A stretch of 64,000 nt of DNA, taken from contig CAWISW010000002.1 of assembly GCA_963838925.1 (NCBI GenBank), forward strand, positions 64,001-128,000. Reading direction: 5' to 3'. Below the pieces are notes generated by a model, which worked only from the letters and a program-made list of their open reading frames with translations, was not told the origin of the DNA and made no database searches. The stretch is from an uncultured Nitrososphaerota archaeon (GTDB taxonomy: Archaea; Thermoproteota; Nitrososphaeria; Nitrososphaerales; Gagatemarchaeaceae). This document shows positions 44,772 through 55,621 of the stretch, piece by piece. The first letter of the stretch is position 1. Every line of letters begins with the position of its first letter. A program made the position numbers and the translations under genes.

Positions 44772-46886
44772 ATGACCAACAACCGCCCCGCCCTCCTCGC
44801 GAAGCTCAGGGCAGCCCTGAAGGACAGGGAGTCCTCTGACAAGTTCTGGGACGCCATGACCAAGGCGAGGGCGAACAGGACGGCCCTTCTAGAGAGGGAG
44901 AAGCTCGACATGCAAGCCATCAAGCAGTCCAACAAGGCCATCAAGACGGCGGCCGTGGCCGACAGGACCCTGGTCGACGAGTTCGCGGAAAACGTCCGTA
45001 AGAACGGCGGGAGGGTGTTCATGGCCAAGACAGGGGGCGACGCCATCCGGTACGTCGAGGGACTCTCGAAGAGGGTGGGTGCGAAGCTGATAGTGAAGGC
45101 AAAGTCGCTCACTTCGGACGAGATAGAGTTCACCCACGAGCTCGAGAAGGTCGGCGTCCGCTCGGTCGAGACCGACCTGGGGGAGCTCATCATCCAGCTC
45201 GCCGGGGAGACGCCCGTACACCTCGTCATGCCCGCCGCACACAAGTCGGTGAACGAGATCGCCCAGCTGGTCTCGGGTGCCGTCGGGAAGGACGTGCCGC
45301 CGGAGGACCAGGCGATCCTCGGGGCAGTGAGGGCATACCTGAGGGGGCTCTTCCTCACAGCCGACATAGGAGTCTCTGGGGCAAACATCGGGGTCGCCGA
45401 GACGGGCTCAATCGTCATCGAGACGAACGAAGGGAATGGGAGGCTGGTCACGAGCGTCCCGAAGATACACCTAGTGATAATCGGGATGGAGAAGATCGTC
45501 CCAAAGTGGTCGGACGCCACGTACCTGGTGAAGGGGCACAGCGCGAGCGCGACCGGCCAGAACATGACCGTCTACGTCTCGGTGATAACCCAGCACGGCC
45601 CTCTCGCGGGCTCGACGGAGGGGAGGGAGTACCACGTCATCATCCTCGACAACGGCAGGAGCAAGATGAGAGACGACCCGTGGTTCTCGGACGCGCTGAA
45701 CTGCATCAGGTGCGGCGCGTGCATGAACGTTTGCCCAACTTACGGCGTCGCCGGTGGCCACACCTTCGGCTACATCTACCCGGGGCCCATCGGCATCCCA
45801 TGGACGGCCGAGGTGCACGGCCTGGACAAGGCGACCTTCGCGCACCTCTGCGTTTCCTGCGGCCTCTGCAAGGAGATCTGCCCCGTCGACATCAACATCC
45901 CCATGATGATAGCCAAGGTCAAGGAGGAGGAGGTCCACGAGAACGGGCAGCTCGCGGTCAACGACTTCTTCATGTCGTCGGAGTCGCTCGCCAAGCTCGC
46001 GAGCGCGACCGCGCCGGCCTCCAACTGGCTCCTTCGCAGGGCGGCCACCAGGGCGGTGATGGAGTCCCTCGCTGGTGTCGACAGGAGGCGGACCCTCCCC
46101 TCATTCGCCAGGAAGAGGCTCAGGGCGAGGATATCGCCCCTGGGGACGGGGACCGGGGACGCAGGAAGGGTGGTGTTCTTCCCAGACATCTACGCCGACT
46201 TCAACGACCCGGAGCTAGGCGTCAGGGCGGTGAAGATCCTGCTCGCGCTCGGCTACAAGGTCGAGGTGCCGGGCCTGAGGTGGAGCGGGATGCCTTACAT
46301 CTCGTACGGGGACATCTCCAAGGCGACCGCCGTGGCGAAGGGCAACCTCGAGGCGCTGAAGAAGTACCTGGATCAGGGGTACTCCGTGGTGTCCACTGAG
46401 CCGACCGCCGTCTACATGCTCAGGGAGGTCTACCCGACCCTCGTGCCCGGCGAGCTCGCCGAGAAGGCGCGCACCATGAGCTTCCCGTTCTTCGGATTCA
46501 TCCAGGGCGGGCTCGGCGGCCTCGGGTTGAAGCCTGCCTTCCCCGCCGACGAGGCGATCGGGTTCCACATACCGTGCCACGACAGGTCCGTCTCCAGCGG
46601 CAAGCCCGCGATAGCATTCCTTGGGGCGGCAGGGTACAAGGTGCAGGTCGTGGAGAACGGCACCTGCTGCGGCATGGCCGGGACGTTCGGCATGAAGCAC
46701 GGCGACCTGGGCTACAACCTCTCTATGGAGGTTGGAGACCACCTCTTCCGCCTGCTGAAAGAGAGCGGACGAAAGCTGGTCGCGACCGAGAGCAGCGTCT
46801 GCTCCATGCAGATCGCCGACGGCGCCAGCCTCAGGGTAGTCCACCCGCTCCACGCTGTCGAAGAGGTCTCGCCCCAACGCCGGTGA
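44772..46886 (+). CDS. lutB: LutB/YkgF (LUD + 2x4Fe-4S) fused to CCG (GlcF/LutA-like) domains; 2-hydroxyacid dehydrogenase Fe-S subunit
   Basis: ETDLGE.I.QL, TNEGN, CIRCGAC.NVCP, CVSCGLC..ICP, HIPCH, CCGMAG.FG. Confidence 0.88.
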   Translation: MTNNRPALLAKLRAALKDRESSDKFWDAMTKARANRTALLEREKLDMQAIKQSNKAIKTAAVADRTLVDEFAENVRKNGGRVFMAKTGGDAIRYVEGLSKRVGAKLIVKAKSLTSDEIEFTHELEKVGVRSVETDLGELIIQLAGETPVHLVMPAAHKSVNEIAQLVSGAVGKDVPPEDQAILGAVRAYLRGLFLTADIGVSGANIGVAETGSIVIETNEGNGRLVTSVPKIHLVIIGMEKIVPKWSDATYLVKGHSASATGQNMTVYVSVITQHGPLAGSTEGREYHVIILDNGRSKMRDDPWFSDALNCIRCGACMNVCPTYGVAGGHTFGYIYPGPIGIPWTAEVHGLDKATFAHLCVSCGLCKEICPVDINIPMMIAKVKEEEVHENGQLAVNDFFMSSESLAKLASATAPASNWLLRRAATRAVMESLAGVDRRRTLPSFARKRLRARISPLGTGTGDAGRVVFFPDIYADFNDPELGVRAVKILLALGYKVEVPGLRWSGMPYISYGDISKATAVAKGNLEALKKYLDQGYSVVSTEPTAVYMLREVYPTLVPGELAEKARTMSFPFFGFIQGGLGGLGLKPAFPADEAIGFHIPCHDRSVSSGKPAIAFLGAAGYKVQVVENGTCCGMAGTFGMKHGDLGYNLSMEVGDHLFRLLKESGRKLVATESSVCSMQIADGASLRVVHPLHAVEEVSPQRR

Positions 46887-46942
46887 CGGACGTACGGGCG
46901 CCCTCTTGATTTAAGAGGACAGCCTGAGTCGGGGGTGGCGAC

Positions 46943-48037
46943 ATGGAAGAAAGGCTCCTCATGGTGCCCGGCCCGACCAACCTCTCCAAGCGGGTCAGGG
47001 ACGTGCTTGCCCAGCCCCAGGTGGGGCACACGGACCCAGACTTCGCGAGGAACTTCTCAGAGACCCTCCAGCTCGCGAGGAAGGTCTTCAGGAACAACGA
47101 CGGATACCAGTTCGTGTTCACGGGGACCGGAACCGTCGGGATGGAGGCGGCCGTCGCCGCCACGGTCCAGCCCGGGGACAAGGTCCTGGTCCTTAACACG
47201 GGCTACTTCGGCCAACGGATGGTCGACATCAACAAGTGCTACGGTGCCGAGGTAGAGGAGCTCGGGTCTGACTTTGGGTTCCACGCCGACCCAGACGCGG
47301 TGCGGAAGAGGCTCGCCGCGGGGCGCTTCAAGGCCCTCTACGTCACGCACGTCGACACGGGGACGACGGTGTGCAACCCGATAGCGGAGGTCGTGAAGGA
47401 GGCCAAGGCGGCCGGCGTGCTCGCAATCGTGGATGGCGTCTGCTCCGTTGGCGGCGTCGAGCTTGACTTCGACGGGATTGGTGCAGACCTTGCATTCACC
47501 GGCTCGCAGAAGGCGCTCTCGGCGCCTCCAGGCGCGGTCCTGATAGCGGTCTCGAAGGACTTCCTCGCGCAGCTGGAGGCCAAGAAGGACAAGGTCAGGA
47601 CATACTACGCCAACCTTCTCAGATGGAAGGGCGTCATGGACGACCCGAGGACCTACTTCGCCACGCCGGCGGTGCAGCTGATGCAGGCGCTGCACCAGGC
47701 CCTGACGGAGGTCGAGGAGGAAGGGCTCGAGAAGCGTTGGAGCAGGCACAAGGCGAACGCCCGGATAATCAGGGAAGGCATAGAGGCCACCAAGAGCGGG
47801 CTCGTGGTCGAGCCGGGCTACCGGGCAGACACCGTGACCGGAGTCTGGACTGTTGCTGGATCAGCACCCGCCATCCAAAAGACCCTCCGGGAGAAGCACG
47901 GCATCGACGTGGCAAGGGGGCTTGGGGAGAACAACACCAAGATGCTCAGGGTGGGGCACTTTGGAAACCTGACCGAGAAGCAGGCCCGCTACTTCGTGGA
48001 TTCCTTCGGAGAGTCGCTAAAGTCCTCCACGCCCTGA
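46943..48037 (+). CDS. Class V aminotransferase, alanine/serine-glyoxylate type
   Basis: LLMVPGP, GTGT.GMEA, HVDT.T...NP, VDGVCS.GG, GSQKAL..PPG (PLP Lys), RVGHFG. Confidence 0.9.
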   Translation: MEERLLMVPGPTNLSKRVRDVLAQPQVGHTDPDFARNFSETLQLARKVFRNNDGYQFVFTGTGTVGMEAAVAATVQPGDKVLVLNTGYFGQRMVDINKCYGAEVEELGSDFGFHADPDAVRKRLAAGRFKALYVTHVDTGTTVCNPIAEVVKEAKAAGVLAIVDGVCSVGGVELDFDGIGADLAFTGSQKALSAPPGAVLIAVSKDFLAQLEAKKDKVRTYYANLLRWKGVMDDPRTYFATPAVQLMQALHQALTEVEEEGLEKRWSRHKANARIIREGIEATKSGLVVEPGYRADTVTGVWTVAGSAPAIQKTLREKHGIDVARGLGENNTKMLRVGHFGNLTEKQARYFVDSFGESLKSSTP

Positions 48038-48143
48038 TGGAGAGCTCGAGCAGAGGGCCTTTCGTCGCGTGTCGCATCGACAGGGCAAAGGCCTTCCGAG
48101 ATGATTAGGTTTTATACACCCCGGACTCGCTCAAAAAAATCTG

Positions 48144-49941
48144 ATGTCCACTTCCCCTCCGGAGAAGATTCTGGGTATCGACCTCGGGACGACCAACTCC
48201 GCCGCCGCGGTCTACGAGGGTTCGGGCGCGATATCCATCCCTAGCCAGGACGGCGAGGCGGTCGGCGGCAAGATGTTCCCATCGGCGGTCGCGTTCTTGT
48301 CCGACGGGAGCGTGATTGTAGGCGAGAAGGCGAAGAGGCAGATGTCGGTGAACCCCCACGGCACCGTGTTGGAGATAAAGCGGAAGATGGGGACCGAGTA
48401 CAAGGTCGAGATAAACGGTCAGAAGTACACTCCCGAGCAGATATCCGCGTACATCCTGAGGAAGATAAGGTCAGACTCGGAGGCCTACCTCGGGGCGACG
48501 GCAAGGAAGGCCGTCATCACCGTCCCCGCCCACTTCAACGACAACCAGCGGCAGGCCACGATGGAGGCAGGGGCCATGGCGGGACTGGAGGTGATCAGGA
48601 TAATCAACGAGCCGACGGCGGCCTGCCTCGCCTACGGTCTCGACCGCGCGGCGGCGACCGGCCCGGGCAAGCTGAGGATCATGGTCTTCAGCTTCGGAGG
48701 GGGCACGCACGACGTCACGACGATGGAGATAGAGGGCGAGACGTACAAGGTCCTCGCGACCAGCGGCGACACCCAGACGGGCGGGGCAGACATAGACAAC
48801 GCGATCGTCGAGAGGCTCGCCAACCAGTTCTACAACGAGACGGGCGTGAACCTCAGAGAGAACCTGCCCGCGATGGTGAGGCTGAAGGAGGCGGCCGAGA
48901 AGGCGAAGATCGAGCTCTCTAGCGAACTCACCGTCGAGGTCGGGGTGCCCTTCCTAGCAAGCGTCGACGGCGTGCAGAAGCACCTGAAGTACGAGCTCAC
49001 CCAGGCTGAGCTGGAGCAGATCGCCCTCCCGATTGTCAGGAGGGTGGACGGGACGATCCGGTCTGTCCTCATCGACTCGAGGCTCGCGCCTGAGGACATC
49101 GACAGGCTCATCCTCATCGGTGGCCAGACCAAGATGCCGCTCGTCAGGAGGGTGGTCGAGCAGTACATGGGGAAGGTCGCAGAGGAGGGCGTCGACCCCA
49201 TGCAGTGCGTCGCCATCGGCGCGGCCTACCAGGGCGCGGTCCTGGCGGGGAAGCTCAATTACAGGCTGCTGGACGTCACCCCGCTCACCCTAGGCATAGA
49301 AGACGCAGCGGGGACTGTCCAGAAGATCATCTACAGGAACACGCCAATACCGGTGTCGAGGACACAGTCCTTCACGACGGCCAAGGACGACCAGACAGAG
49401 GTGAGCATACACGTTGTCCAAGGGGAGCGGCTCATGGCCGTCGATCTGCGTCTCCATCGGGCTCTTCGACCTGAAGGGCTTCAAACCCAGGCCGAGAGGC
49501 GCTGCGCAGATACAGGTGGGCTTCGAGATCGACGCGAACGGCATAATGAACGTCTCCGCGAAAGAGCTCGCGAGCGGAGTGGAGCAGAGGGTCAACATCA
49601 CGGGGAGGATGAAGATCTCCGAGGAGGAGAGAAAGCGCCTCATCGAGGAGAGCAAGATGTTCGCGGGCATCGACCGCGCCCGAAGGGAGGAGGCTCTGCT
49701 CATCAGCAACGCCGATCAGCTCGTGTATAAGGCGAGGAAGATCCAGGGGGAGCTCTTCCTCCCGCGCGAGAGGGTGGACCAGCTGAACAGGGTCTGCGCA
49801 GAGCTCAAGGCGATTGCTGAGCTGCCCCTCGACTACGACCAGGAGAACCAGAAGCTCGAGAACCTGAAGGCGAAGCTGGTCGAACTCGCGGACCTCATAA
49901 ACGACACGATCGACGTGTACGAGATGGGCGAAGCCGCCTAG
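48144..49941 (+). pseudogene. dnaK: DnaK/Hsp70 paralog with a +1 frameshift near 49445 (pseudogene or sequence error)
   Basis: GIDLGTTNS, AVITVPA.F, INEPTAA, LLDVTP and QGER lie in frame 48144. The continuation (CVSIGLFDL...IQVGFEIDANGI.NVSA) lies in frame 49414. Confidence 0.8.
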
Positions 49942-49943
49942 GG

Positions 49944-51401
49944 TCAGGCCGACCGGGCCGAGTGGCTCGTGACGGTCTGGGGGCCGGCCGCCTCCGTCGA
50001 GTTGAGGAGCAGCCTGAACGGCTGCGAGAGCGCCACGCCCTTCGTGCTCATCGCTATGACCATGATCGTGTATGCCCCGGCTGCCTGGTTATGGAAGGTG
50101 AACGGAATCTGCGCTGTCTTCCCTTGTTCCAGGGTGGTCTTCACAGTGACCATCTGGACGGTCTGGTTGATGTCGTTCCTCAGGGCCGCGAAGAAGACCG
50201 CCTGCTGCGAGTGGTCCTGGTTGTTCATGAAGGAGAAGCTTATGCTCGGGTTGTAGGAGAAGGCGTCGAGCACGGGGGCGGCCGCGAGGTTCGAGTAGGT
50301 CGGCGTCCCTTGCATCGTGAAGGAGTCGTCAGAGTACTGGCTGGCGTACGTCGGGTTCAGCGCCTCCATCAGGTCTGATGCCATTCCGTCCCTCTGGGTC
50401 ACGGGAGGCAGGTCGAAGACCCTCTCGATGAACTTCATCAGCGACGTGTGGTCGGAGAGGGTGTGGTCGATGTAGCCCTGCTTCGCGAAGGGGGAGATCA
50501 TCAGCAGCGGGACGCGGAAGCCCAGGCCGTACTTGTCGACCTGCGGGGGGACGACGTGGTCATACCACCCCCCGTAGTCGTCCCAGGTGAGGAATATCAC
50601 CGTCGAGCCCCAGTATGGGCTCGCCTGAATCGCGCTGATCAGCGACTGGACCCAAGCCTGGCCTGTAGCCAGGTCGTAGGGCGGGTGCTCGTTCTGCCCA
50701 TCCTGGGCTGTGACGTAGGATACCGCGGGAAGGTTGCCGTTCTGCACGTCGACGAGGAACTGGTTGCTCGACTTCTCGTTCGCAGCCATCGTGGCGTTGT
50801 CTGCCACCGAGGATATGAGGCCGAGGGCGTTCTCGTTTCCTACGTTGTAAGGCGAATAGTAGCTCCAGGAGACCTTCGCCGCAGAGAGCTCGCTCACGAT
50901 CGAGCCGATGTTCATCATCGCCGGACCCTGGGTTATCGAGTCGTCGACGCCGTCGTCCTGTCCAGCCACCAAGTAAAGGTGGTTGGGGAGCGACGGGCCC
51001 ATCGCGGAGGTGAAGTAGTTGTCGAAGAGCGTGTAGTTCTGCGCGAGGCTCCAGTAGTAGGGAATGTCGTTCTGGTTGTAGTAGCCGAAGGTCTCGGTGG
51101 ATCCCTCCGCCTGCAGGAAGCCGTCCATCTGCCCGTTGTCATAGGCGGCGTGCGCGCATATGGTCGAGTGGCAGAGGTCCACGATCGGCCCGGTGATGTG
51201 ATACGGGTGCACCGTCGGCGGGTCGTTCTTTATCCCGTTCGCCCCGGGGAACGTCCCAAAGTAGTTGTCGAACGTGTGGTTCTCCTGGAAGATGACCACC
51301 ACGTGCTGTATGGGGTTAGCAGCCGAGGTCGCGGCCATCGATGCCTGCGCGACGGGAGCGAGGAGCAGGAGGAGCAGCGGCGCGAGGAACAGCCTCTTCA
51401 C
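49944..51401 (-). CDS. Secreted phosphoesterase (phospholipase C/acid phosphatase family) with a C-terminal beta domain
   Basis: Signal peptide, [46 protein letters not shown]...ISP. Confidence 0.9.
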   Translation of the reverse strand: MKRLFLAPLLLLLLAPVAQASMAATSAANPIQHVVVIFQENHTFDNYFGTFPGANGIKNDPPTVHPYHITGPIVDLCHSTICAHAAYDNGQMDGFLQAEGSTETFGYYNQNDIPYYWSLAQNYTLFDNYFTSAMGPSLPNHLYLVAGQDDGVDDSITQGPAMMNIGSIVSELSAAKVSWSYYSPYNVGNENALGLISSVADNATMAANEKSSNQFLVDVQNGNLPAVSYVTAQDGQNEHPPYDLATGQAWVQSLISAIQASPYWGSTVIFLTWDDYGGWYDHVVPPQVDKYGLGFRVPLLMISPFAKQGYIDHTLSDHTSLMKFIERVFDLPPVTQRDGMASDLMEALNPTYASQYSDDSFTMQGTPTYSNLAAAPVLDAFSYNPSISFSFMNNQDHSQQAVFFAALRNDINQTVQMVTVKTTLEQGKTAQIPFTFHNQAAGAYTIMVIAMSTKGVALSQPFRLLLNSTEAAGPQTVTSHSARSA

Positions 51402-51599
51402 GAATGTCCCCTACCGGACCGCCGCGACCGTCGCGCAAGGCCAGGCCTCGCGTGAGTCACGCGCGAGACGCATGATTCTTACAGTGCTTCCCCGGAAAAT
51501 TCGGGGCCAGTGTGTTATTTATTCATTTTTTCACGGCGATTTCACACGGGTTTGCTAATTCCGGGACCCGACACAAAGGATTTAGCGCGTCCCCCGCAC

Positions 51600-52391
51600 G
51601 TGGCCAGCGTGTCCGCCGCGAGGCCTCCCTCAGACCCCCGGAGCGAGGAGAGGCTGATACCCATGATTCGGGCGCGACTCGCAGAGCGGCTCGTCAAGGA
51701 GGGGTTCAGGCCGAAAGAGGCGGCTAGGGCCCTGAACGTGACCCAGTCGGCCGTCACCCAGTATCTCAAGCAGAAGAGGGGAGGGAACGTGGCGGCCCTC
51801 ACGTCGATCGACCGCCTGATCGACCCCCTCGCCGAGAAGCTGGTCAAGAGGATGCGGTCTGGCCTCGGCGGCGTCGAGACCACCGAGCTCGTCGAGACTG
51901 CCCGCCAGGTGATGGTGATGAACAGGGGGAGGATGATCGTCCAGGAGCAGCCGAAGCGCCCTGAGCGGGACGAGGCATTGCGGGTCTTGAGGGAGCGCCT
52001 GAAGCTGGAGCTGACAGCCGCCGAGAAGTACCTCGAGCTGTCCAACCAGACGGCAGACGACTACTCGAAGATGCTCCTCCGCATGATAGCGGCCGACAGC
52101 ATAAGGCATGGCGACGTCGTCTCGCAGGTGATGTCCTGGCTGGAGGCGGGCAGGGAGTCGGACGTCGAGATGCCCGGAAAGGCGATCCTCGAGAGCCTCA
52201 TCGCGCTCGAGGACTCAGCCCACGAGGCGAGCTTGACCAAGAGCATACACATCGGCCATCCCATAGCACAGCTGCTCTTCCAGTGGATAGACGCGGACGA
52301 GGAGAAGCACGAGGCGATAGTCTCCAAGATGCTCAAGCTCGAGGTGGACCGGAACAAGCAGGCCCGCGCGAAACGCCGCCCGTCCGCCTAG
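51600..52391 (+). CDS. XRE-type HTH regulator fused to a ferritin/rubrerythrin-like domain
   Basis: IRARLA..L...G....EAA..LNVTQSAVTQYL, then LE..A...Y, ADSIRH, LEDSA, DEEKH. Confidence 0.75.
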   Translation: MASVSAARPPSDPRSEERLIPMIRARLAERLVKEGFRPKEAARALNVTQSAVTQYLKQKRGGNVAALTSIDRLIDPLAEKLVKRMRSGLGGVETTELVETARQVMVMNRGRMIVQEQPKRPERDEALRVLRERLKLELTAAEKYLELSNQTADDYSKMLLRMIAADSIRHGDVVSQVMSWLEAGRESDVEMPGKAILESLIALEDSAHEASLTKSIHIGHPIAQLLFQWIDADEEKHEAIVSKMLKLEVDRNKQARAKRRPSA

Positions 52392-52984
52392 TTTATCCTC
52401 GAGTTCGAGACGTAGACGCCGCCGTTCTGCTCGATCACCCCGTATTCGGCAAGGGAGGCCTGCGCCGGGCCGCGGGTGACGCTGCCGTTGCTAGCGTTGA
52501 AGGTCGCTCCGTGGCATGGGCAGTAGAGCTCTGAGCTCTGGAAGTCGACCGTGCACGGCCTGTGAGTGCATGTCGAGCTGAAGGCCTTCCACTGTCCGTT
52601 TAGGCTAACGAAGATGGAGCTTCCGTGCGTCGGGTGGTTGAAGTAGGCTGACGTCTTTCCTCCAAGGCTCGAGACCTGCGCGACGAGGACATATCCCGTG
52701 GGTGCTGCAGCCGAAGAGGATTGGGATGAGGATGCCGCAGACTTCGAGGACGCCGACGTCGACTGGGATGATGACGTTGCGCCCGCGGACTCGGGCGGGG
52801 CTTGGGTCGTCGACACCTGACTCGTAGCCGAGCCTATCGGAGGCAGCTGTACCTGTCGCGCCTGTTGCTGCGCGCTTGTTTGGTTCGCTCCCACCTTCGA
52901 CGCAATCTCGAAGATCCCCACCGCGCCGACCACCATGAGGGTCGTCGTCGCTATTGCCGTCCTGATGAACTCGCGCCTATTCAT
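52388..52984 (-). CDS. Tat-exported Rieske [2Fe-2S] protein
   Basis: MNRREFI Tat signal, Ser-rich linker, CTHRPC and CPCHG. Confidence 0.9.
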   Translation of the reverse strand: MNRREFIRTAIATTTLMVVGAVGIFEIASKVGANQTSAQQQARQVQLPPIGSATSQVSTTQAPPESAGATSSSQSTSASSKSAASSSQSSSAAAPTGYVLVAQVSSLGGKTSAYFNHPTHGSSIFVSLNGQWKAFSSTCTHRPCTVDFQSSELYCPCHGATFNASNGSVTRGPAQASLAEYGVIEQNGGVYVSNSRIN

Positions 52985-53035
52985 GCCGTCTAACCACTGC
53001 CTTGCCTCGTCGTAAGCGACCTTGACCGGAAGAGC

Positions 53036-53440
53036 TCACTCGTTCACTGAGTAGATGGCGCTCGTGCTGGTCGTTGTTGTGATTGTGCTGTTCCCGGTCG
53101 CCCCTCCTAGACCAGGGTACTCGGAGTGATGGTGGTGGCCGCCGTCGAACGTCCCTCCGGCCTGCGACCCGTCGTCGGACCCACTCCCCACGGGTATGGT
53201 CGCAGGGGAGGCGCCGGACGTGGCGGTGGCGGTGCCGTTGGACGATGTCACGCTGGTCGTGGCAACCGACTGAGTGACAGGCGAAGCGCTAGCGGGCGCT
53301 CCGTTGAAGGGGTTGATGACCAGAATCAGACCCGAGGCGATCGCCAGACCCACGAGAAGGAGGACCGAGTACACGGACAGCTTGTTGTGCAATCCGCCTA
53401 CGACCTCCGCTCGAACCTGCCGTGCGTCAAGGAGAAACAA
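53036..53440 (-). CDS. Membrane-anchored low-complexity protein with a His tract
   Basis: TM helix, Ser/Thr/Gly-rich tail, GHHHHSE. Confidence 0.5.
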   Translation of the reverse strand: MFLLDARQVRAEVVGGLHNKLSVYSVLLLVGLAIASGLILVINPFNGAPASASPVTQSVATTSVTSSNGTATATSGASPATIPVGSGSDDGSQAGGTFDGGHHHHSEYPGLGGATGNSTITTTTSTSAIYSVNE

Positions 53441-53565
53441 ACTGGCATGCTAGGATGAGCCTCTGGGGTTGGAGTCATTCTCGACACAGCACCTTGCTTT
53501 GAGTTCGTGCTCGGCCCTCGCCTTATAACGGGTATGGTGCATCTGTCTAACTGCTCTCGCGGCAG

Positions 53566-53895
53566 CTAGTCGCGGAACACGACCGCGAGGAAGAAGAGGA
53601 GCAATATCACGAACTCCATCGCCGCGACGACTATCTGGTCTGTCTGATATCCGACCGCGAACACAAAGTCGTCCAGCTGCCTTATCACTATCTGGACCGC
53701 GAAGAGCCCGAAGGCGCCCGAGACCAGCAGCAGCCGCCTCAGGTGCGTCTTCCTGTAAGCAGAGAGAGACAGCGCGAGGAGGACGAGCGCGAAGATGGCG
53801 ATGGCGAAGTCCAGGACCTCCTGGGTCTCGAATCCCTCGTCGAGGTCGACGAGAGGCGAGACCAGCAGGGAGTGAACCGCGCTGACCTCGATCAT
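53566..53895 (-). CDS. Small 3-TM membrane protein coupled to a wHTH regulator
   Basis: Paralog of 2351..2680. ATG overlaps the wHTH stop codon. Confidence 0.7.
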   Translation of the reverse strand: MIEVSAVHSLLVSPLVDLDEGFETQEVLDFAIAIFALVLLALSLSAYRKTHLRRLLLVSGAFGLFAVQIVIRQLDDFVFAVGYQTDQIVVAAMEFVILLLFFLAVVFRD

Positions 53896-54515
53896 CGCCT
53901 GCCCTCTCCCTCCGAATACGCGATGAATATGTCCGCCAGCCTACTTGACCATCTCTCCCAGACCGTGGGGTGGTACGTTTTGATGAACGTTGCTATTTCC
54001 CCGCCTCCGACGACGCTGTAGGTCACCGCCCTGCCTTCTTGGCGCCTGGCGACGATCCCAAGGTCCATCAGCCTCTTCAGGTGCCAGGACACGGTGGGCT
54101 GGGATACCTTGGTGGCATCCGCCAGCGCCTCTTGGGTGGACTCCGGATGTTCTATGATGTTGAGGAGAAGCTCCCTCGGCCTGTCCAAGCTCAGGACACT
54201 CAACACGTCTCGTTGCCTCTCCCCAAACAGGTCCGCAGGATAGAAGAACTTGTAGAGGCCGCGACGCACGGAGATGATGCGCCTGTCCCTTTCGAGCCTC
54301 TGGACGTGATACTGGACGTCCCCCATGGCGAGCGAGAGTGTCCGGCATATCTCCCTGAGGTGGACGCCAGGGTGGGAGGTGATGAACTCCAGTACCCTGC
54401 GCTGTGTCGCGTCGAGCGAGTCGACCGGCCGCTTGTCTGGGGACGAGCCGAACGGCGGCCTGTCCTCTGACCATTGCCGGCTCGCGCCGAGTCCCAACGT
54501 TGGCGGCCCGCCCAT
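53892..54515 (-). CDS. Tandem winged-helix transcriptional regulator
   Basis: HPGVHLREICRTL.L.MG.VQYH and TQEALA....VSQPTVSWHLKRL. Paralog of 2677..3192. Confidence 0.82.
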   Translation of the reverse strand: MGGPPTLGLGASRQWSEDRPPFGSSPDKRPVDSLDATQRRVLEFITSHPGVHLREICRTLSLAMGDVQYHVQRLERDRRIISVRRGLYKFFYPADLFGERQRDVLSVLSLDRPRELLLNIIEHPESTQEALADATKVSQPTVSWHLKRLMDLGIVARRQEGRAVTYSVVGGGEIATFIKTYHPTVWERWSSRLADIFIAYSEGEGRR

Positions 54516-54625
54516 TCGTCCCTTAAACCTCTCTCGCTGGTGGTCACGTCAGTTGGCCTTCGAGTCACTCTCGCACCGTGGGGCAAGAACCCGTCCCGTC
54601 GTCCGGAATGGGCAGCGGGTTCTCA

Positions 54626-55621
54626 TCAGCATGGGGTATACCCGCCCACCCCCGTGGGGAAGATGTTTCCTGAGCTGTCGACGTTCAAAGCGATAGCAGG
54701 AAGAGGGCTGGACGCCGGGCCGCGGAGGACCCTTCCAGAGCTGTCGAACTCCGAGCCGTGGCACCCGCAGTAGAATACGTTGGCCGAAGGCTCGTAGGTC
54801 GTCTCGCAGCAGACGTGGGTGCACAGGATGCTGAACGCTGCGAGGGTCCCGTCGCTCCTCTTGAAGAGGACGTTGGGATATCCCGATGGGTACTCGAAGT
54901 ACATGGGGGAGCCGACCTGGAGGTTGCTCGTGTTCGTGATCGGGGTGGAGGGCGAAGCGACGGTCGCTGATGCGGCGGGCGAGGAGGAGGACGAGGATGA
55001 CGGGATCTTTATCGACCCGAGCACCACGCCGAGCCCGATCAGCACCGCGAAGCCGGCAATCGTCGTGACGAACGACCTTCGCGAGTAGTTGAGCTCCTTC
55101 GCGACCCTCCTCTTCGAGACAAGGAACTGGACGTTCCCCCTGCCTAGCAGGCCGAGGACTATCACCGACCCCTGCAGGGCCAGCAGCGCGTCGAAGGCGA
55201 CCAGACCGAAGAGGTAGGACGCGAAGTAAGGTATCGTCATGTTGTACTGGGGCGCTGTCATGATGTCGCCCAGCTGGAGCACGATCCCCAGGACGGCCGC
55301 CGCGAGGCTGGCGAGGTATATGCGCTTCGACCCCAGCAGGTTCATGAGGCCAAGGGTGACGTCGAGGATCACGATTATCACGAGGCCGATCGCGTGCGAA
55401 ACGGCCAGTATCCAGAGGGAGCCGTCGGTGGCGAGGAGGTAGACGCCCGCAGCGGCAGACAGCAGCATCACGTACCCCATGTAGCGCTGCAGCTTGCGGA
55501 GGCTGTTCAGCGCGTGGTGGGTGCCGCCCTTCACCTTCTCCTGTCCCTTTTGGTAGAAGAACGGGATCATCGCCTCCTCGCCTGTCTCGAACCACTCTGG
55601 GACTGGGTCTCCGGGAGTCAT
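54626..55621 (-). CDS. Polytopic membrane protein fused to a Rieske [2Fe-2S] domain
   Basis: Four TM helices, an internal Tat-like motif SRRSFV plus TM, then CTHVCC and CGCHGS. Confidence 0.85.
   Translation of the reverse strand: MTPGDPVPEWFETGEEAMIPFFYQKGQEKVKGGTHHALNSLRKLQRYMGYVMLLSAAAGVYLLATDGSLWILAVSHAIGLVIIVILDVTLGLMNLLGSKRIYLASLAAAVLGIVLQLGDIMTAPQYNMTIPYFASYLFGLVAFDALLALQGSVIVLGLLGRGNVQFLVSKRRVAKELNYSRRSFVTTIAGFAVLIGLGVVLGSIKIPSSSSSSSPAASATVASPSTPITNTSNLQVGSPMYFEYPSGYPNVLFKRSDGTLAAFSILCTHVCCETTYEPSANVFYCGCHGSEFDSSGRVLRGPASSPLPAIALNVDSSGNIFPTGVGGYTPC

Noticed and set aside
49430-49455. Programmed ribosomal frameshift in dnaK
   Set aside because: No slippery run or stop codon lies at the shift site, so a simple 1-nt insertion is more parsimonious.
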